64,000 bases of DNA from positions 52,909 through 116,908 of the forward strand of contig CAVQLY010000023.1 of assembly GCA_963713475.1 (NCBI GenBank), given 5' to 3'. Source of the stretch: an uncultured Thermoleophilia bacterium (GTDB lineage Bacteria > Actinomycetota > Thermoleophilia > UBA2241). Under the pieces are notes generated by a model. It had not been told where the DNA came from. It worked only from the letters and a program-made list of their open reading frames with translations, and did no database searches. The position numbers were made by a program, and so were the translations under genes. Below are positions 8,348 to 17,117 of this stretch, piece by piece. Within the stretch, counting starts at the first letter, position 1. Each line of letters opens with the position of its first letter.

Positions 8348-9595
8348 TCAGGCGGCCGGCGCCTGCCGATCATCGGCGGGGCGCTCGTCGTCGAGCTCCC
8401 TCGGGACGCCGATGGCGTACGCGCTCAGCGCGAGCTCGTAGACCGCGAGCGCGATGAGCACCACCACGACGGCCGTGAGCGAGCCGGTCACGAAGAGCAG
8501 CACGACGACGGCCACGGCGACCCCCGCGATGCGCAGGAGGTCGAGGTGCTCGGCCATCCAGCGACCGGCCGCGGTGTCGGGCGTGGAGAGGTCCGAGGCG
8601 ACGCCGAAGAGCTTGGCGAAGCCGCGGCCCATGGCGTCCAGCCACTCCGGCCGGCCGGCCAGGAAGGCGGCCACGGCCACGATCGCGCCGGCCACGGCGA
8701 TCCACACGAGGAACGTGTTCAGGCTGCCCACGGCGGACCCGATGATGGAGCGCGCCACGGCGACGCCGCCCTGCGTCTTCACGGCGTCGACCACGGCCTG
8801 CTCCAGCCGGACCTCGACGACCCGCGCGGCGACGAACGCCAGGAGCGCGCCCACGCCGAGCCACAGCGCCGTGCGCCAGCGGTGCACGGAGACCAGCAGC
8901 GCGGCCACGATGAGCACGATGGTCACGACCACGACCACGATCACCAGGTCGTTGAACAGCCTGAGCGCCTGCTTCGCTTCGTAGCCTTGGCTCCCGCGGA
9001 GAAGGGTGATCGAACCGAAGTCGGCGGGGAGCTCGCGGCCGAGTGCGTCCTGCAGCAGCGTGCGGATCTCGTCGGGGGCGGTCGCGGGGTCGATCTTCGG
9101 CAGGGTGACGTCGCGCCCGAGGAGTTGCGGGATGCGGGCTTCCAGCCGCTGGAGGGCGACCGCCACCAGCGGCAGGAGGTTCAGCGTCACGTCGTCGCGC
9201 CCGACCGTGACGTATCTGTTCTGGTCGCGCAGGGCCGTGATGAGCTGCTGGTGGGCGAACCGGTTGATGTCCACCCACAGTCGTTGCGCGAGCGGGGTCC
9301 TGAGGAACTTCTCGATCTCGTCGACCAGGAAGGTCTGCAGGGAACGGGTGAGCGCCGGCGCGAGGACCTTGGCGTCGGACGGCAGTGCGTCCTCGATGCG
9401 CGATCTGAGATCGGCGGCCTCGACGGCCTTTCCGGCCACGTACGTGCTCACCGCCTTGCGGACCTCCGGATCCTCGGCCACGGGGGCGACGACCTTCACG
9501 TAGGTCTCGGTGTCGAAGATGACGCCCCGCGACCACAGCGCGAGGGTGCTCACAAGAACGGCCAGCACGGAGACCGCGACCAGGAACAGCGCCAC
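8348..9595 (-). CDS. Integral membrane protein, function unknown. The N-terminus is probably incomplete as listed.
   Basis: 415 aa: a TM anchor, a large soluble domain, then four C-terminal TM segments. The same frame stays open with high GC3 upstream of the GTG at 9595 (..AAIGASAAATPTEAAPAGTVATTPAPAAGVTRALAPVGRVLTSRRAPRIRTG-V) but has no start codon there. Confidence 0.7.
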   Translation of the reverse strand: MALFLVAVSVLAVLVSTLALWSRGVIFDTETYVKVVAPVAEDPEVRKAVSTYVAGKAVEAADLRSRIEDALPSDAKVLAPALTRSLQTFLVDEIEKFLRTPLAQRLWVDINRFAHQQLITALRDQNRYVTVGRDDVTLNLLPLVAVALQRLEARIPQLLGRDVTLPKIDPATAPDEIRTLLQDALGRELPADFGSITLLRGSQGYEAKQALRLFNDLVIVVVVVTIVLIVAALLVSVHRWRTALWLGVGALLAFVAARVVEVRLEQAVVDAVKTQGGVAVARSIIGSAVGSLNTFLVWIAVAGAIVAVAAFLAGRPEWLDAMGRGFAKLFGVASDLSTPDTAAGRWMAEHLDLLRIAGVAVAVVVLLFVTGSLTAVVVVLIALAVYELALSAYAIGVPRELDDERPADDRQAPAA

Positions 9596-9987
9596 GCCCG
9601 TGCGGATGCGCGGCGCCCGCCTCGACGTGAGGACGCGCCCGACCGGGGCGAGGGCGCGAGTGACGCCGGCCGCCGGGGCCGGCGTCGTCGCGACGGTGCC
9701 GGCTGGGGCGGCCTCAGTCGGAGTCGCCGCCGCGGACGCTCCGATCGCGGCGCTCGGCGGCTCCGCTCGCCGGTCGTCTTCGTGTCCGCCGCGCCGGCCT
9801 TGCTGCCCGCCGGCTTCCTGCTCGCCGGGCCGCCGCCTGGGGCTTTGCCGCCGGTCGTCGTCTTGCGCGGGCTGCTCGAGCGCCTTCTCGGCGTGGCCGC
9901 GGCCTTCTCGGGCTGCTTCGGTGGCGTCCCGTCCGCGGGCGCGTCCGCGTCCCCGGGCAGGCCCGGCCCTGGCGTGTCCTCGGCCAT
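9550..9987 (-). CDS. Possible 5' segment of the 8348..9595 gene in a different frame (Lys/Pro/Ala/Gly-rich disordered N-terminus)
   Basis: ATG at 9987 lies 5 nt after GGAGGA. GC3 is high from 9987 to about 9770 (MAEDTPGPGLPGDADAPADGTPPKQPEKAAATP..KPAGSKAGAADTKTTGE). The coding signal then switches to the frame of 8348..9595. Confidence 0.35.
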   Translation of the reverse strand: MAEDTPGPGLPGDADAPADGTPPKQPEKAAATPRRRSSSPRKTTTGGKAPGGGPASRKPAGSKAGAADTKTTGERSRRAPRSERPRRRLRLRPPQPAPSRRRRPRRPASLAPSPRSGASSRRGGRRASARAWRCSWSRSPCWPFL

Positions 9988-10102
9988 CACGATCCTCCGG
10001 CCTTCACTGCTCCTCCTTGTGCGAACCCCGTGCAGAGACGACCATGCCCGCGGACGTGCGCGAGAACCCCGTTGAGAGAGCCTCCCGCGCCGCTACTCAT
10101 GC

Positions 10103-11272
10103 TCACGCACCTTCGCCGACGGCCTCTGTGATGGCGACGGCCAGCCGCCGGCCGCCCTCCGCGAGACTCGCCTCGTCGTAGAGGCTGAAGGCGAGTCGCA
10201 GGCTGCGGTCGTCACCGTCCGTACAGAAGCGCCGCCCGGGCGCGAAGGCGACGCCGTGGCGCTCGGCTGCGGGGAGGAGGTCGGAGGCGAGCAGGCCCGG
10301 CGGGAGCGTGAGCCACAGGAAGAAGCCGCCCGAAGGGACGGTCAGGTGACAGCCGGCGGGCAGTCCCTCGCGGAGCGCGCCGGCGAGTGCGTCGCGGCGC
10401 GAGGCGTACGCGAGCCGCAGGGCGGCGATGTGGGCGCCGTAAGCGCCGGCCTCGAGCAGCGCTGCGACGACCGACGCCGAGAACTGGCTGACGCAGCCGC
10501 CGCTCTCGATGACACCCGCGGCGGCGAGCCGCTCGCGCAGCTCGGCAGGTGCGTCGAGCCAGCCCAGGCGGAGCCCGGGCGCGAGCGACTTGGAGAATGA
10601 GCCGAGGCGCACGACGGGCGCCTCCGGATCCAGCGTCCGCAGCGCCGGCGGCGCCTCGCCGTCGTAGGCCAGTTCGCGGTACACGTCGTCCTCCACGAGG
10701 ATCAGATCCTCGCGCCGCGCGAGCTCCAGCAACCGCTGCCGGCGCGGCGCCGAGAGGCTGACTCCGGCGGGGTTGTGGTAGGTCGGGATGGTGTAGAGCA
10801 GGCGCGGCCGGCGGCCGGAGGTCCTGACGTCGGCGACGGCCGTGGCGAGGGCCTCGACGTCCAGTCCCTGGTCGTCCATCGGCACCCCGACGACGTCGAC
10901 GGGGTGGTCGCCGATGATGCCGAGGGCGAGGTTGTAGGTCGGGCACTCGACGAAGACGACGTCGCCGGGCTCCGTGAGCAGGGTCAGCGCCTGGTCGAGG
11001 GCCTGGGAGTTGCCGCCGCTGACGAGAACGTCCCCGGCGGCCAAGGCCAGCCCCTCTCTGGCCGTCGTGCGCGCGGCGATCGCGGCGCGCAGCGCCTCCG
11101 GCCCCAGGTTCGATCCGTAGGCGAGCGCCGCGGCGCCTCCGGCGCCGAGCGCCCTCGCCGCCGCCTCCTTCACGAGCCCGACCGGCAGCAGCGCAGGGTC
11201 GGGCTCCCCGAAGGCGAACTCCACGAAGCCCTCGCGGAGCGTGTTCTGGGTGAAGGCTGGAGGGTCGCTCAC
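10103..11272 (-). CDS. PLP-dependent aminotransferase, class I/II (2-aminoadipate/aromatic aminotransferase-like)
   Basis: 389 aa with the PLP-lysine motif SFSKSLAPGLRLGW and YHNPAGV. There is no N-terminal GntR HTH. Confidence 0.8.
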   Translation of the reverse strand: MSDPPAFTQNTLREGFVEFAFGEPDPALLPVGLVKEAAARALGAGGAAALAYGSNLGPEALRAAIAARTTAREGLALAAGDVLVSGGNSQALDQALTLLTEPGDVVFVECPTYNLALGIIGDHPVDVVGVPMDDQGLDVEALATAVADVRTSGRRPRLLYTIPTYHNPAGVSLSAPRRQRLLELARREDLILVEDDVYRELAYDGEAPPALRTLDPEAPVVRLGSFSKSLAPGLRLGWLDAPAELRERLAAAGVIESGGCVSQFSASVVAALLEAGAYGAHIAALRLAYASRRDALAGALREGLPAGCHLTVPSGGFFLWLTLPPGLLASDLLPAAERHGVAFAPGRRFCTDGDDRSLRLAFSLYDEASLAEGGRRLAVAITEAVGEGA

Positions 11273-11380
11273 GCCGCCATGATATGCGAAGCGCCGGTCC
11301 GCGAGGGCCGCGCCGCGCTCCGGCGAACCCCGGCTGGCGACTGGCCGTCCCTTTCCCTAGACTGGGGGACCGGGCTCCGC

Positions 11381-12922
11381 ATGCTGTTTCCGACCATCAC
11401 ATTCGCTGTCTTCTTTCTCCTTGCCTTCGTCGGCAACTGGCTGCTCATGCCCAGACAGCGGGCCTGGAAGCCGTTCATGCTCATCGTCAGCCTGGTGTTC
11501 TACGGCTGGTGGGACTGGCGCTTCGTCTTGCTGCTGGCGCTCAGCGCGGCCGCCAACCAGTTCTTCGCGCTCTGGATCGCCGGCCTGCGGCCCGGGGCCG
11601 CCGGCCGCAAGTGGGCGCTGGCGGCGGCCGTCGCCGCCAACCTCGGCGTGCTGGGCTGGTTCAAGTACTACGGCTTCTTCGTCACCTCGGTGGTCAACTT
11701 CCTCGGCACGCTCCACCTGAACGCCGACCTGCCGCTGCTGCGGATCGTCCTGCCGCTCGGCATCTCGTTCCTCACCTTCCGGGTGCTCAGCTACGTCATC
11801 GACGTGTACCGCGGCACGCTGCGGCCGGCGTCGCTGCTGGACTTCTCGGTGTTCGTCGCCTTCTTCCCCTACCTGGCCGCGGGCCCCATCGCCCGCGCGT
11901 CCGAGTTCCTGCCGCAGCTGAACGGCCCGCGCGACCCGCGCAACGTGGACACGGCGCGGGCCTTCTTCCTCATCTTCGGCGGCCTGATCAAGAAGATGCT
12001 GATCGCCGACTACCTCGCGACCCACATCGTCAACGGCGTGTTCACGACGCCGGGGCAGTACTCGTCGCTCGAAGTGCTCGTCGGGATCATCGGGTACTCG
12101 GTCCAGATCTACTGCGACTTCAGCGCCTACGCGGACATCGCCATCGGCATCTCGCTGCTGCTCGGGTTCGAGCTGCCGGACAACTTCAACGCGCCGTACA
12201 CGGCCACGTCGGTCCAGGACTTCTGGCGCCGCTGGCACATGACGCTCTCGCGCTGGCTGCGCGACTACCTGTACATCCCGCTCGGCGGTAACCGAAGAGG
12301 CCGCGCGCGCACCTACGTGAACCTGATGCTCACGATGGTGCTCGGCGGCCTCTGGCACGGCGCCGGCTGGACGTTCATCTTCTGGGGCTTCCTGTACGGC
12401 GGCGCCATGATCATCGAGCACGCGCGGGTCGACCGCCGCAAGGACCGGGCGCTCGTGGTGCAGCGCCAGCGGAACCAGCTGGCCGAGGCCTTCGAGGGCA
12501 TCGGCGGGGTAGCCGCGCTTCCCGAGGGCCCCGGCGCGGCGGCGGCCACGGTCGCCGCGCCGCTGGAGTACGACCGGCGCCCGTGGCACGGCGCCGTCTG
12601 GCCGCGGATCGCCGTCTTCGCTTTCGTAACCTTCGCCTGGATCTTCTTCCGCTCGGATACCTTCGGCGCGGCCGCGAGCGTCATCGCGCGGCTCTTCCAG
12701 AGCTGGGGGACGATCGGCGCTGCGCTGACGCCGGGCGTCTTCCTCGCCATCGCCGTCGGCATCGGCGTGCAGTACGTGCCGCGCTCCGTCTGGCAGCGCG
12801 GTGAGGCCGGGCTCTCGGTGCTGAACCCCGTCGTGCAGGGCGTGATCCTGGCGGTCGGCTTCATGCTGCTGGACATCCTCGGACCCACCGGCCCCGCGAC
12901 CTTCCTCTACTTCAAGTTCTGA
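11381..12922 (+). CDS. MBOAT family O-acyltransferase (AlgI/DltB/PatA-like), copy 1
   Basis: ATG at 11381 lies inside track ORF 10775..12922, 18 nt after TAGACT. Motifs are FWRRWHMTLSRWLRDYLYIPLGGNR and GGLWHGAGW (catalytic His). Confidence 0.9.
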   Translation: MLFPTITFAVFFLLAFVGNWLLMPRQRAWKPFMLIVSLVFYGWWDWRFVLLLALSAAANQFFALWIAGLRPGAAGRKWALAAAVAANLGVLGWFKYYGFFVTSVVNFLGTLHLNADLPLLRIVLPLGISFLTFRVLSYVIDVYRGTLRPASLLDFSVFVAFFPYLAAGPIARASEFLPQLNGPRDPRNVDTARAFFLIFGGLIKKMLIADYLATHIVNGVFTTPGQYSSLEVLVGIIGYSVQIYCDFSAYADIAIGISLLLGFELPDNFNAPYTATSVQDFWRRWHMTLSRWLRDYLYIPLGGNRRGRARTYVNLMLTMVLGGLWHGAGWTFIFWGFLYGGAMIIEHARVDRRKDRALVVQRQRNQLAEAFEGIGGVAALPEGPGAAAATVAAPLEYDRRPWHGAVWPRIAVFAFVTFAWIFFRSDTFGAAASVIARLFQSWGTIGAALTPGVFLAIAVGIGVQYVPRSVWQRGEAGLSVLNPVVQGVILAVGFMLLDILGPTGPATFLYFKF

Positions 12923-14073
12923 TGGCGGACGAGCGGACACCACGCGACTTCGGCCCGCCTCCGGCCGGCGGCGAGCAGCCGCCGGCGGACGGGCGCCGCG
13001 GCGCCGGGCTGCCCTTCGGCCGCCGGCGCCGTACCGCCGCCAGCGCGCTGGTCGCGATGCTGATCGCGCTCGTCTTCGGCGCGCTGCTGAACGCGCCGGC
13101 GATGAAGAAGACCGCGCTCGAGCAGCCGTTCGGCGCCGAGCGCAGCTTCCGTCTCGCCCTGGTCCAGCCGCTCGCCGGCGTGAGCCACTGGCTGTTCCTC
13201 GACCGGCCGGCCAAGCTCACCGCGGTCGCCCTCGGCAAGCCCGATCCCGGCCCGGCCGCGACCTCGACGGTCGTGGTCGTCACCCCGACGCCGGAGCCGA
13301 GCGAGAGCGGCAAGCCGGGCAAGGACGGCAAGCCTGGGAAGCCTCCTGAGGACCGGCCGCTGCCCAAGCCGTTCAAGGGTCACCCGATGCACCTGTACGT
13401 CGCCGGCGACTCCATGATGGGCCTGCCGGGGATGGCGCTCGTCAATCTCTCCAACAAGACGAAGCTCATCAAGCCCATGCTGGACTACCGCATCTCGACG
13501 GGCCTGGTGCGACCGGACTTCTTCAACTGGCCGGCCCAGCTCCAGTCGCAGGTCAAGGCGTTCGACCCGGGCGCCGTGGCCGTGATGTTCGGCGCCAACG
13601 ACAACCAGCCCGTCCAGACCGCCTCGGGCGACATCTACCAGTTCGGCAGCGACGGCTGGAAGAAGGAGTACCGCAAGCGCGTGGAGGACGCCGTCGCGCT
13701 CATGTTCCAGGGAGGCGTGCGGCGCATCTACTGGATCGGCCAGCCGATCATGCCGTCGGGCTCGTACAACGACCAGATCAAGCTGATGAACGACATCTAC
13801 GCGAGCGTGGCGGAGAAGACGTTCGGGGTGGACTACATCGACGCCTACAAGCTTCTCTCGAACGGCAGCGGCCGGTACTCCCAGTACCTGCCCGACGCGA
13901 GCGGCGAGATGCAGCAGGTCCGCGAGCAGGACGGCGAGCACCTCACGTACGCCGGCGGCCTGCGCGTCGCGCAAGCCGTGGTCGACGCGATCAAGAAGGA
14001 ATGGTTCCCCAAGAAGGGGGACGGTCCACCGCCGACGCCGAAGCCCGGCAAGTCGGCCAGTCCGGCCCCCTGA
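12922..14073 (+). CDS. Membrane-anchored SGNH/GDSL hydrolase-acyltransferase (DUF459-like), paralog 2
   Basis: The start ATG overlaps the MBOAT stop (TGATG). SGNH blocks are AGDSMMG, FGANDNQ and DGEHLT. Has a TM anchor and a Pro/Lys-rich linker. Confidence 0.85.
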   Translation: MADERTPRDFGPPPAGGEQPPADGRRGAGLPFGRRRRTAASALVAMLIALVFGALLNAPAMKKTALEQPFGAERSFRLALVQPLAGVSHWLFLDRPAKLTAVALGKPDPGPAATSTVVVVTPTPEPSESGKPGKDGKPGKPPEDRPLPKPFKGHPMHLYVAGDSMMGLPGMALVNLSNKTKLIKPMLDYRISTGLVRPDFFNWPAQLQSQVKAFDPGAVAVMFGANDNQPVQTASGDIYQFGSDGWKKEYRKRVEDAVALMFQGGVRRIYWIGQPIMPSGSYNDQIKLMNDIYASVAEKTFGVDYIDAYKLLSNGSGRYSQYLPDASGEMQQVREQDGEHLTYAGGLRVAQAVVDAIKKEWFPKKGDGPPPTPKPGKSASPAP

Positions 14074-14088
14074 GGGGGCCGGACTGGC
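14056..14088 (+). terminator. Perfect 15-bp hairpin with the stop codon of the preceding gene as its loop
   Basis: GCCAGTCCGGCCCCC-TGA-GGGGGCCGGACTGGC. The arms are exact reverse complements, and TGA 14071..14073 is the stop of 12922..14073. Confidence 0.55.
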
Positions 14089-14216
14089 TCCCCGCCGGCG
14101 CGTGGGCCGCGCCGCGGGAGGGGCTTCGCCGCCCGCGGCCGCTGGTATAGCATCCGCAGGCAGCAGGCGGGGCAGCCCGTGGGGTCCCGCAGATCCGGGT
14201 ACTGACAGGCGGCCGC

Positions 14217-15656
14217 GTGCTCTTCCCGACGATCACGTTCGCGATCTTCTTCCTCGTCGTCTACGTCCTCAACTGGCTGCTCATGCCGCGTCTGCGCCTG
14301 TGGAAGTGGTTCATCATCGGCGCCAGCTACGTGTTCTACGGCTGGTGGGACTGGCGCCTCGTCTTCCTGCTCGTCGCGGCGACGCTGGTCAATCAGGGGA
14401 TCGGCGTGCAGGTGCACCGTTCGCGCGGGCGGCGCGGCAGCACCGCCGCCGCCCGCCGCTGGGTCATCCTCGCCGTCGCCGCCAACCTCATCACGCTCGG
14501 CGTGTTCAAGTACTTCGACTTCTTCGCCGTGAACCTCAACGACGTGCTCGGCGTGTTCCGCCTCGGCGCGCCGCTCCCGCTGCTGCGCATCATCCTGCCG
14601 GTCGGCATCTCGTTCCTCGTGTTCCGCATGCTGACCTACGTGATCGACATCTACCGCGGGCAGCTCGAGCCGGCGCCGGCGCTCGACTTCGCCGTGTACA
14701 CGGCGTTCTTCCCGTACCTGCTCGCGGGCCCCATCGCCCGCGCCCGCGAGTTCCTCCCGCAACTCACGTCGCCGAGGGACCCGCACAAGGTGGACTCGTC
14801 GCGTGCCTTCGTGCTCATCCTCGGCGGCCTCGCCAAGAAGCTGCTCATCGCCGACTACCTGTCGACGCACATCGTGAACGGGCTCTTCGCCTCGCCGCAG
14901 ACCTACTCTTCGTGGGAGACGCTGTGGGGGATCGTCGCCTACTCGGTCCAGATCTACTGCGACTTCAGCGCGTACGCCGACATCGCCATCGGCATCTCGC
15001 TGCTGCTCGGGTTCGAGCTGCCGGCGAACTTCGACGCGCCGTACACGGCGCGGACGATCCAGGACTTCTGGCGGCGCTGGCACATCACCCTCTCCAGCTG
15101 GCTGCGCGATTACCTGTACATCCCGCTGGGCGGGAACCGCAAGGGCAAGGGACGCACCTACGCCAATCTCGTGATCACCTTCCTGCTGGGCGGCCTGTGG
15201 CACGGGGCGGGATGGACCTTCGTGTTCTGGGGGCTCATGCACGGCACCGGGCTGGCCGTCGAACGGGCGCGCATGGACGCGCGTCACTCGAGAGGATCGC
15301 GCGAGCCTGGCCGGACGGCCGGCGCGAGGGCGCTGCAGCGGCTCTGGGTGTTCGTGTTCGTGAGCGTGGCCTGGGTGTTCTTCCGCGCCGAGTCCATGGG
15401 CAACGCGTTCGCGGTCCTGTGGCGGCTCGTCGCCGGGCTCGGGTCGATCGGCGCGGCGGTGACGCTGCCGGTGGTGGGCCTCGCGATCCTCGGCATCGCC
15501 ATCCAGTACGTGCCGCGGCGGACGATGGAAGGCCTGGAGGCCGGCTTCAGCCGCATCGGCTGGGTGGGCCAGGGGCTGGTGCTCGCGCTGGCCCTGTTCC
15601 TGATCGACGTGCTCGGGCCGGCGGGCCCGGCCGAGTTCCTGTACTTCAAGTTCTGA
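14217..15656 (+). CDS. MBOAT family O-acyltransferase, copy 2
   Basis: GTG start. The 479-aa protein is colinear with copy 1, sharing the same N-terminus (MLFPTITFA) and C-terminus (FLYFKF) and the FWRRWHITLSSWLRDYLYIPLGGNR and GGLWHGAGW motifs. Confidence 0.9.
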   Translation: MLFPTITFAIFFLVVYVLNWLLMPRLRLWKWFIIGASYVFYGWWDWRLVFLLVAATLVNQGIGVQVHRSRGRRGSTAAARRWVILAVAANLITLGVFKYFDFFAVNLNDVLGVFRLGAPLPLLRIILPVGISFLVFRMLTYVIDIYRGQLEPAPALDFAVYTAFFPYLLAGPIARAREFLPQLTSPRDPHKVDSSRAFVLILGGLAKKLLIADYLSTHIVNGLFASPQTYSSWETLWGIVAYSVQIYCDFSAYADIAIGISLLLGFELPANFDAPYTARTIQDFWRRWHITLSSWLRDYLYIPLGGNRKGKGRTYANLVITFLLGGLWHGAGWTFVFWGLMHGTGLAVERARMDARHSRGSREPGRTAGARALQRLWVFVFVSVAWVFFRAESMGNAFAVLWRLVAGLGSIGAAVTLPVVGLAILGIAIQYVPRRTMEGLEAGFSRIGWVGQGLVLALALFLIDVLGPAGPAEFLYFKF

Positions 15657-15812
15657 GCGGGCGGATGACGGACACCACGGGACGATGACGGACGACAGAC
15701 GATATGACGGCGAGTACCCGGGTCAGGAGGGCCTGCCGTTCGACGAGGGCGCCGGGCGGGACGCCGGCGGCCGGCGTTCAGCCGGCGGCAGCCCCGACGA
15801 CGACCTCTTCGT

Positions 15813-17069
15813 GTGGGACGAACTGCGGCCGCCGGATCGCGGCCGCGACGGGCGCGGACGCCGTCCCGCGGAGCCGAGCCGGACGGCCGGCAGGTGCGGG
15901 AGTCCCCGGAGGGCGCGGAGTGGCCGCGCGCGCCGCGCGACGACCGGCGCGCGTCCGGCGACTGGCGCGCGCCGGAGTACCCCACCGGCGCCGGCCGCAC
16001 GCGTCACGAGCCGGCCGACGGCTACGAGGTCTCCGAGGAGTGGGAGGAGTGGCTCGAGCCCGAGGCGCACGGTGACGGGACCATCGGGCCGCTGCCGGAG
16101 CGGCACAAAGGGCCGCGCCGGCGTCGCCTCTCGGCCGGCGCGGTGCTCCTGGCGATGCTGCTCGGCTTCTTCCTCGCCGGACTCCTCGACGCGAAGAACA
16201 TCAAGGAGGACGTCGAGACCCGGCCGTATGGCGCCCTCCGGACCTTCCAGCTCGCCATGCTGACGCCCATGACGGCGCTCAGCGGCGCCGTCCGCGCCGA
16301 CCAGCTGGGCGCCGCGGTGGCCGACGCGCTCGGCCGCGGCGAGGCGCCGCACCACACCCTCGCCGAGGTCAAGAAGGCGAAGCCCCTGTGGCCGCGCAAG
16401 ATCACCGAGAAGAAGCCGCTGCGCCTGTACGTGGCCGGCGACTCCATGGACCAGGTGTTCGGGTCGTCGCTCGTCAACCTCGGCGAGGCGACCGGTCTCG
16501 TCAAGGGCAAGAACGACTACCACGTCTCCAGCGGCCTCACCCGGCCCGACTTCTACGACTGGCCGCAGCGGCTCGTCGACCAGATCGTCGATTTCAGGCC
16601 GGACGCGGCCGCCGTGCTCTTCGGCGCCAACGACGGCCAGAACGTCCTCTACGAGGGCAAGGTCCTCAAGGTCGGCACCAAGGCCTGGCAGGAGGTGTAC
16701 GCCCAGCGTGTCGGCGAGGCGATGGAGATCCTCACCAAGGGCGGCCGCCGGGTCTACTGGATCGGGAACCCCATCATGAAGGACTTCGGCTATCGCCAGC
16801 GCATCGCGATGATGAACCACATCTACGAGGCCGAGGCGAAGAAGCACCCCGGCGTCACGTTCGTGAGCACCTGGGCGACGATGGCGAACGAGAAGGGGTC
16901 GTACGCGGAGTACCTCAAGGACGCAAACGGCGACCAGGTGCTGATGCGGGCGCCGGACGGCATCCACCTCTCGCGCGCCGGCGGCGACCGCATGGCGGCG
17001 AGGGTCCTCGAGGTGATCATGAAGGACTGGGGGATGGCCGGCTCGACGTCGCCCAGCCCGGCGCCCTGA
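15813..17069 (+). CDS. Membrane-anchored SGNH/GDSL hydrolase-acyltransferase (DUF459-like), paralog 3. The true start is probably upstream (15685) across a frameshift.
   Basis: SGNH blocks are AGDSMDQ, FGANDGQ and DGIHLS, with TM anchor LSAGAVLLAMLLGFFLAGLL. Coding signal upstream of about 15865 lies in the frame of ORF 15685..16263. Confidence 0.8.
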   Translation: MGRTAAAGSRPRRARTPSRGAEPDGRQVRESPEGAEWPRAPRDDRRASGDWRAPEYPTGAGRTRHEPADGYEVSEEWEEWLEPEAHGDGTIGPLPERHKGPRRRRLSAGAVLLAMLLGFFLAGLLDAKNIKEDVETRPYGALRTFQLAMLTPMTALSGAVRADQLGAAVADALGRGEAPHHTLAEVKKAKPLWPRKITEKKPLRLYVAGDSMDQVFGSSLVNLGEATGLVKGKNDYHVSSGLTRPDFYDWPQRLVDQIVDFRPDAAAVLFGANDGQNVLYEGKVLKVGTKAWQEVYAQRVGEAMEILTKGGRRVYWIGNPIMKDFGYRQRIAMMNHIYEAEAKKHPGVTFVSTWATMANEKGSYAEYLKDANGDQVLMRAPDGIHLSRAGGDRMAARVLEVIMKDWGMAGSTSPSPAP

Positions 17070-17117
17070 GTCGAGCGGACTCGCGGGGGCGCCGGCGCCT
17101 CGAGGGCGCGGCGACTC

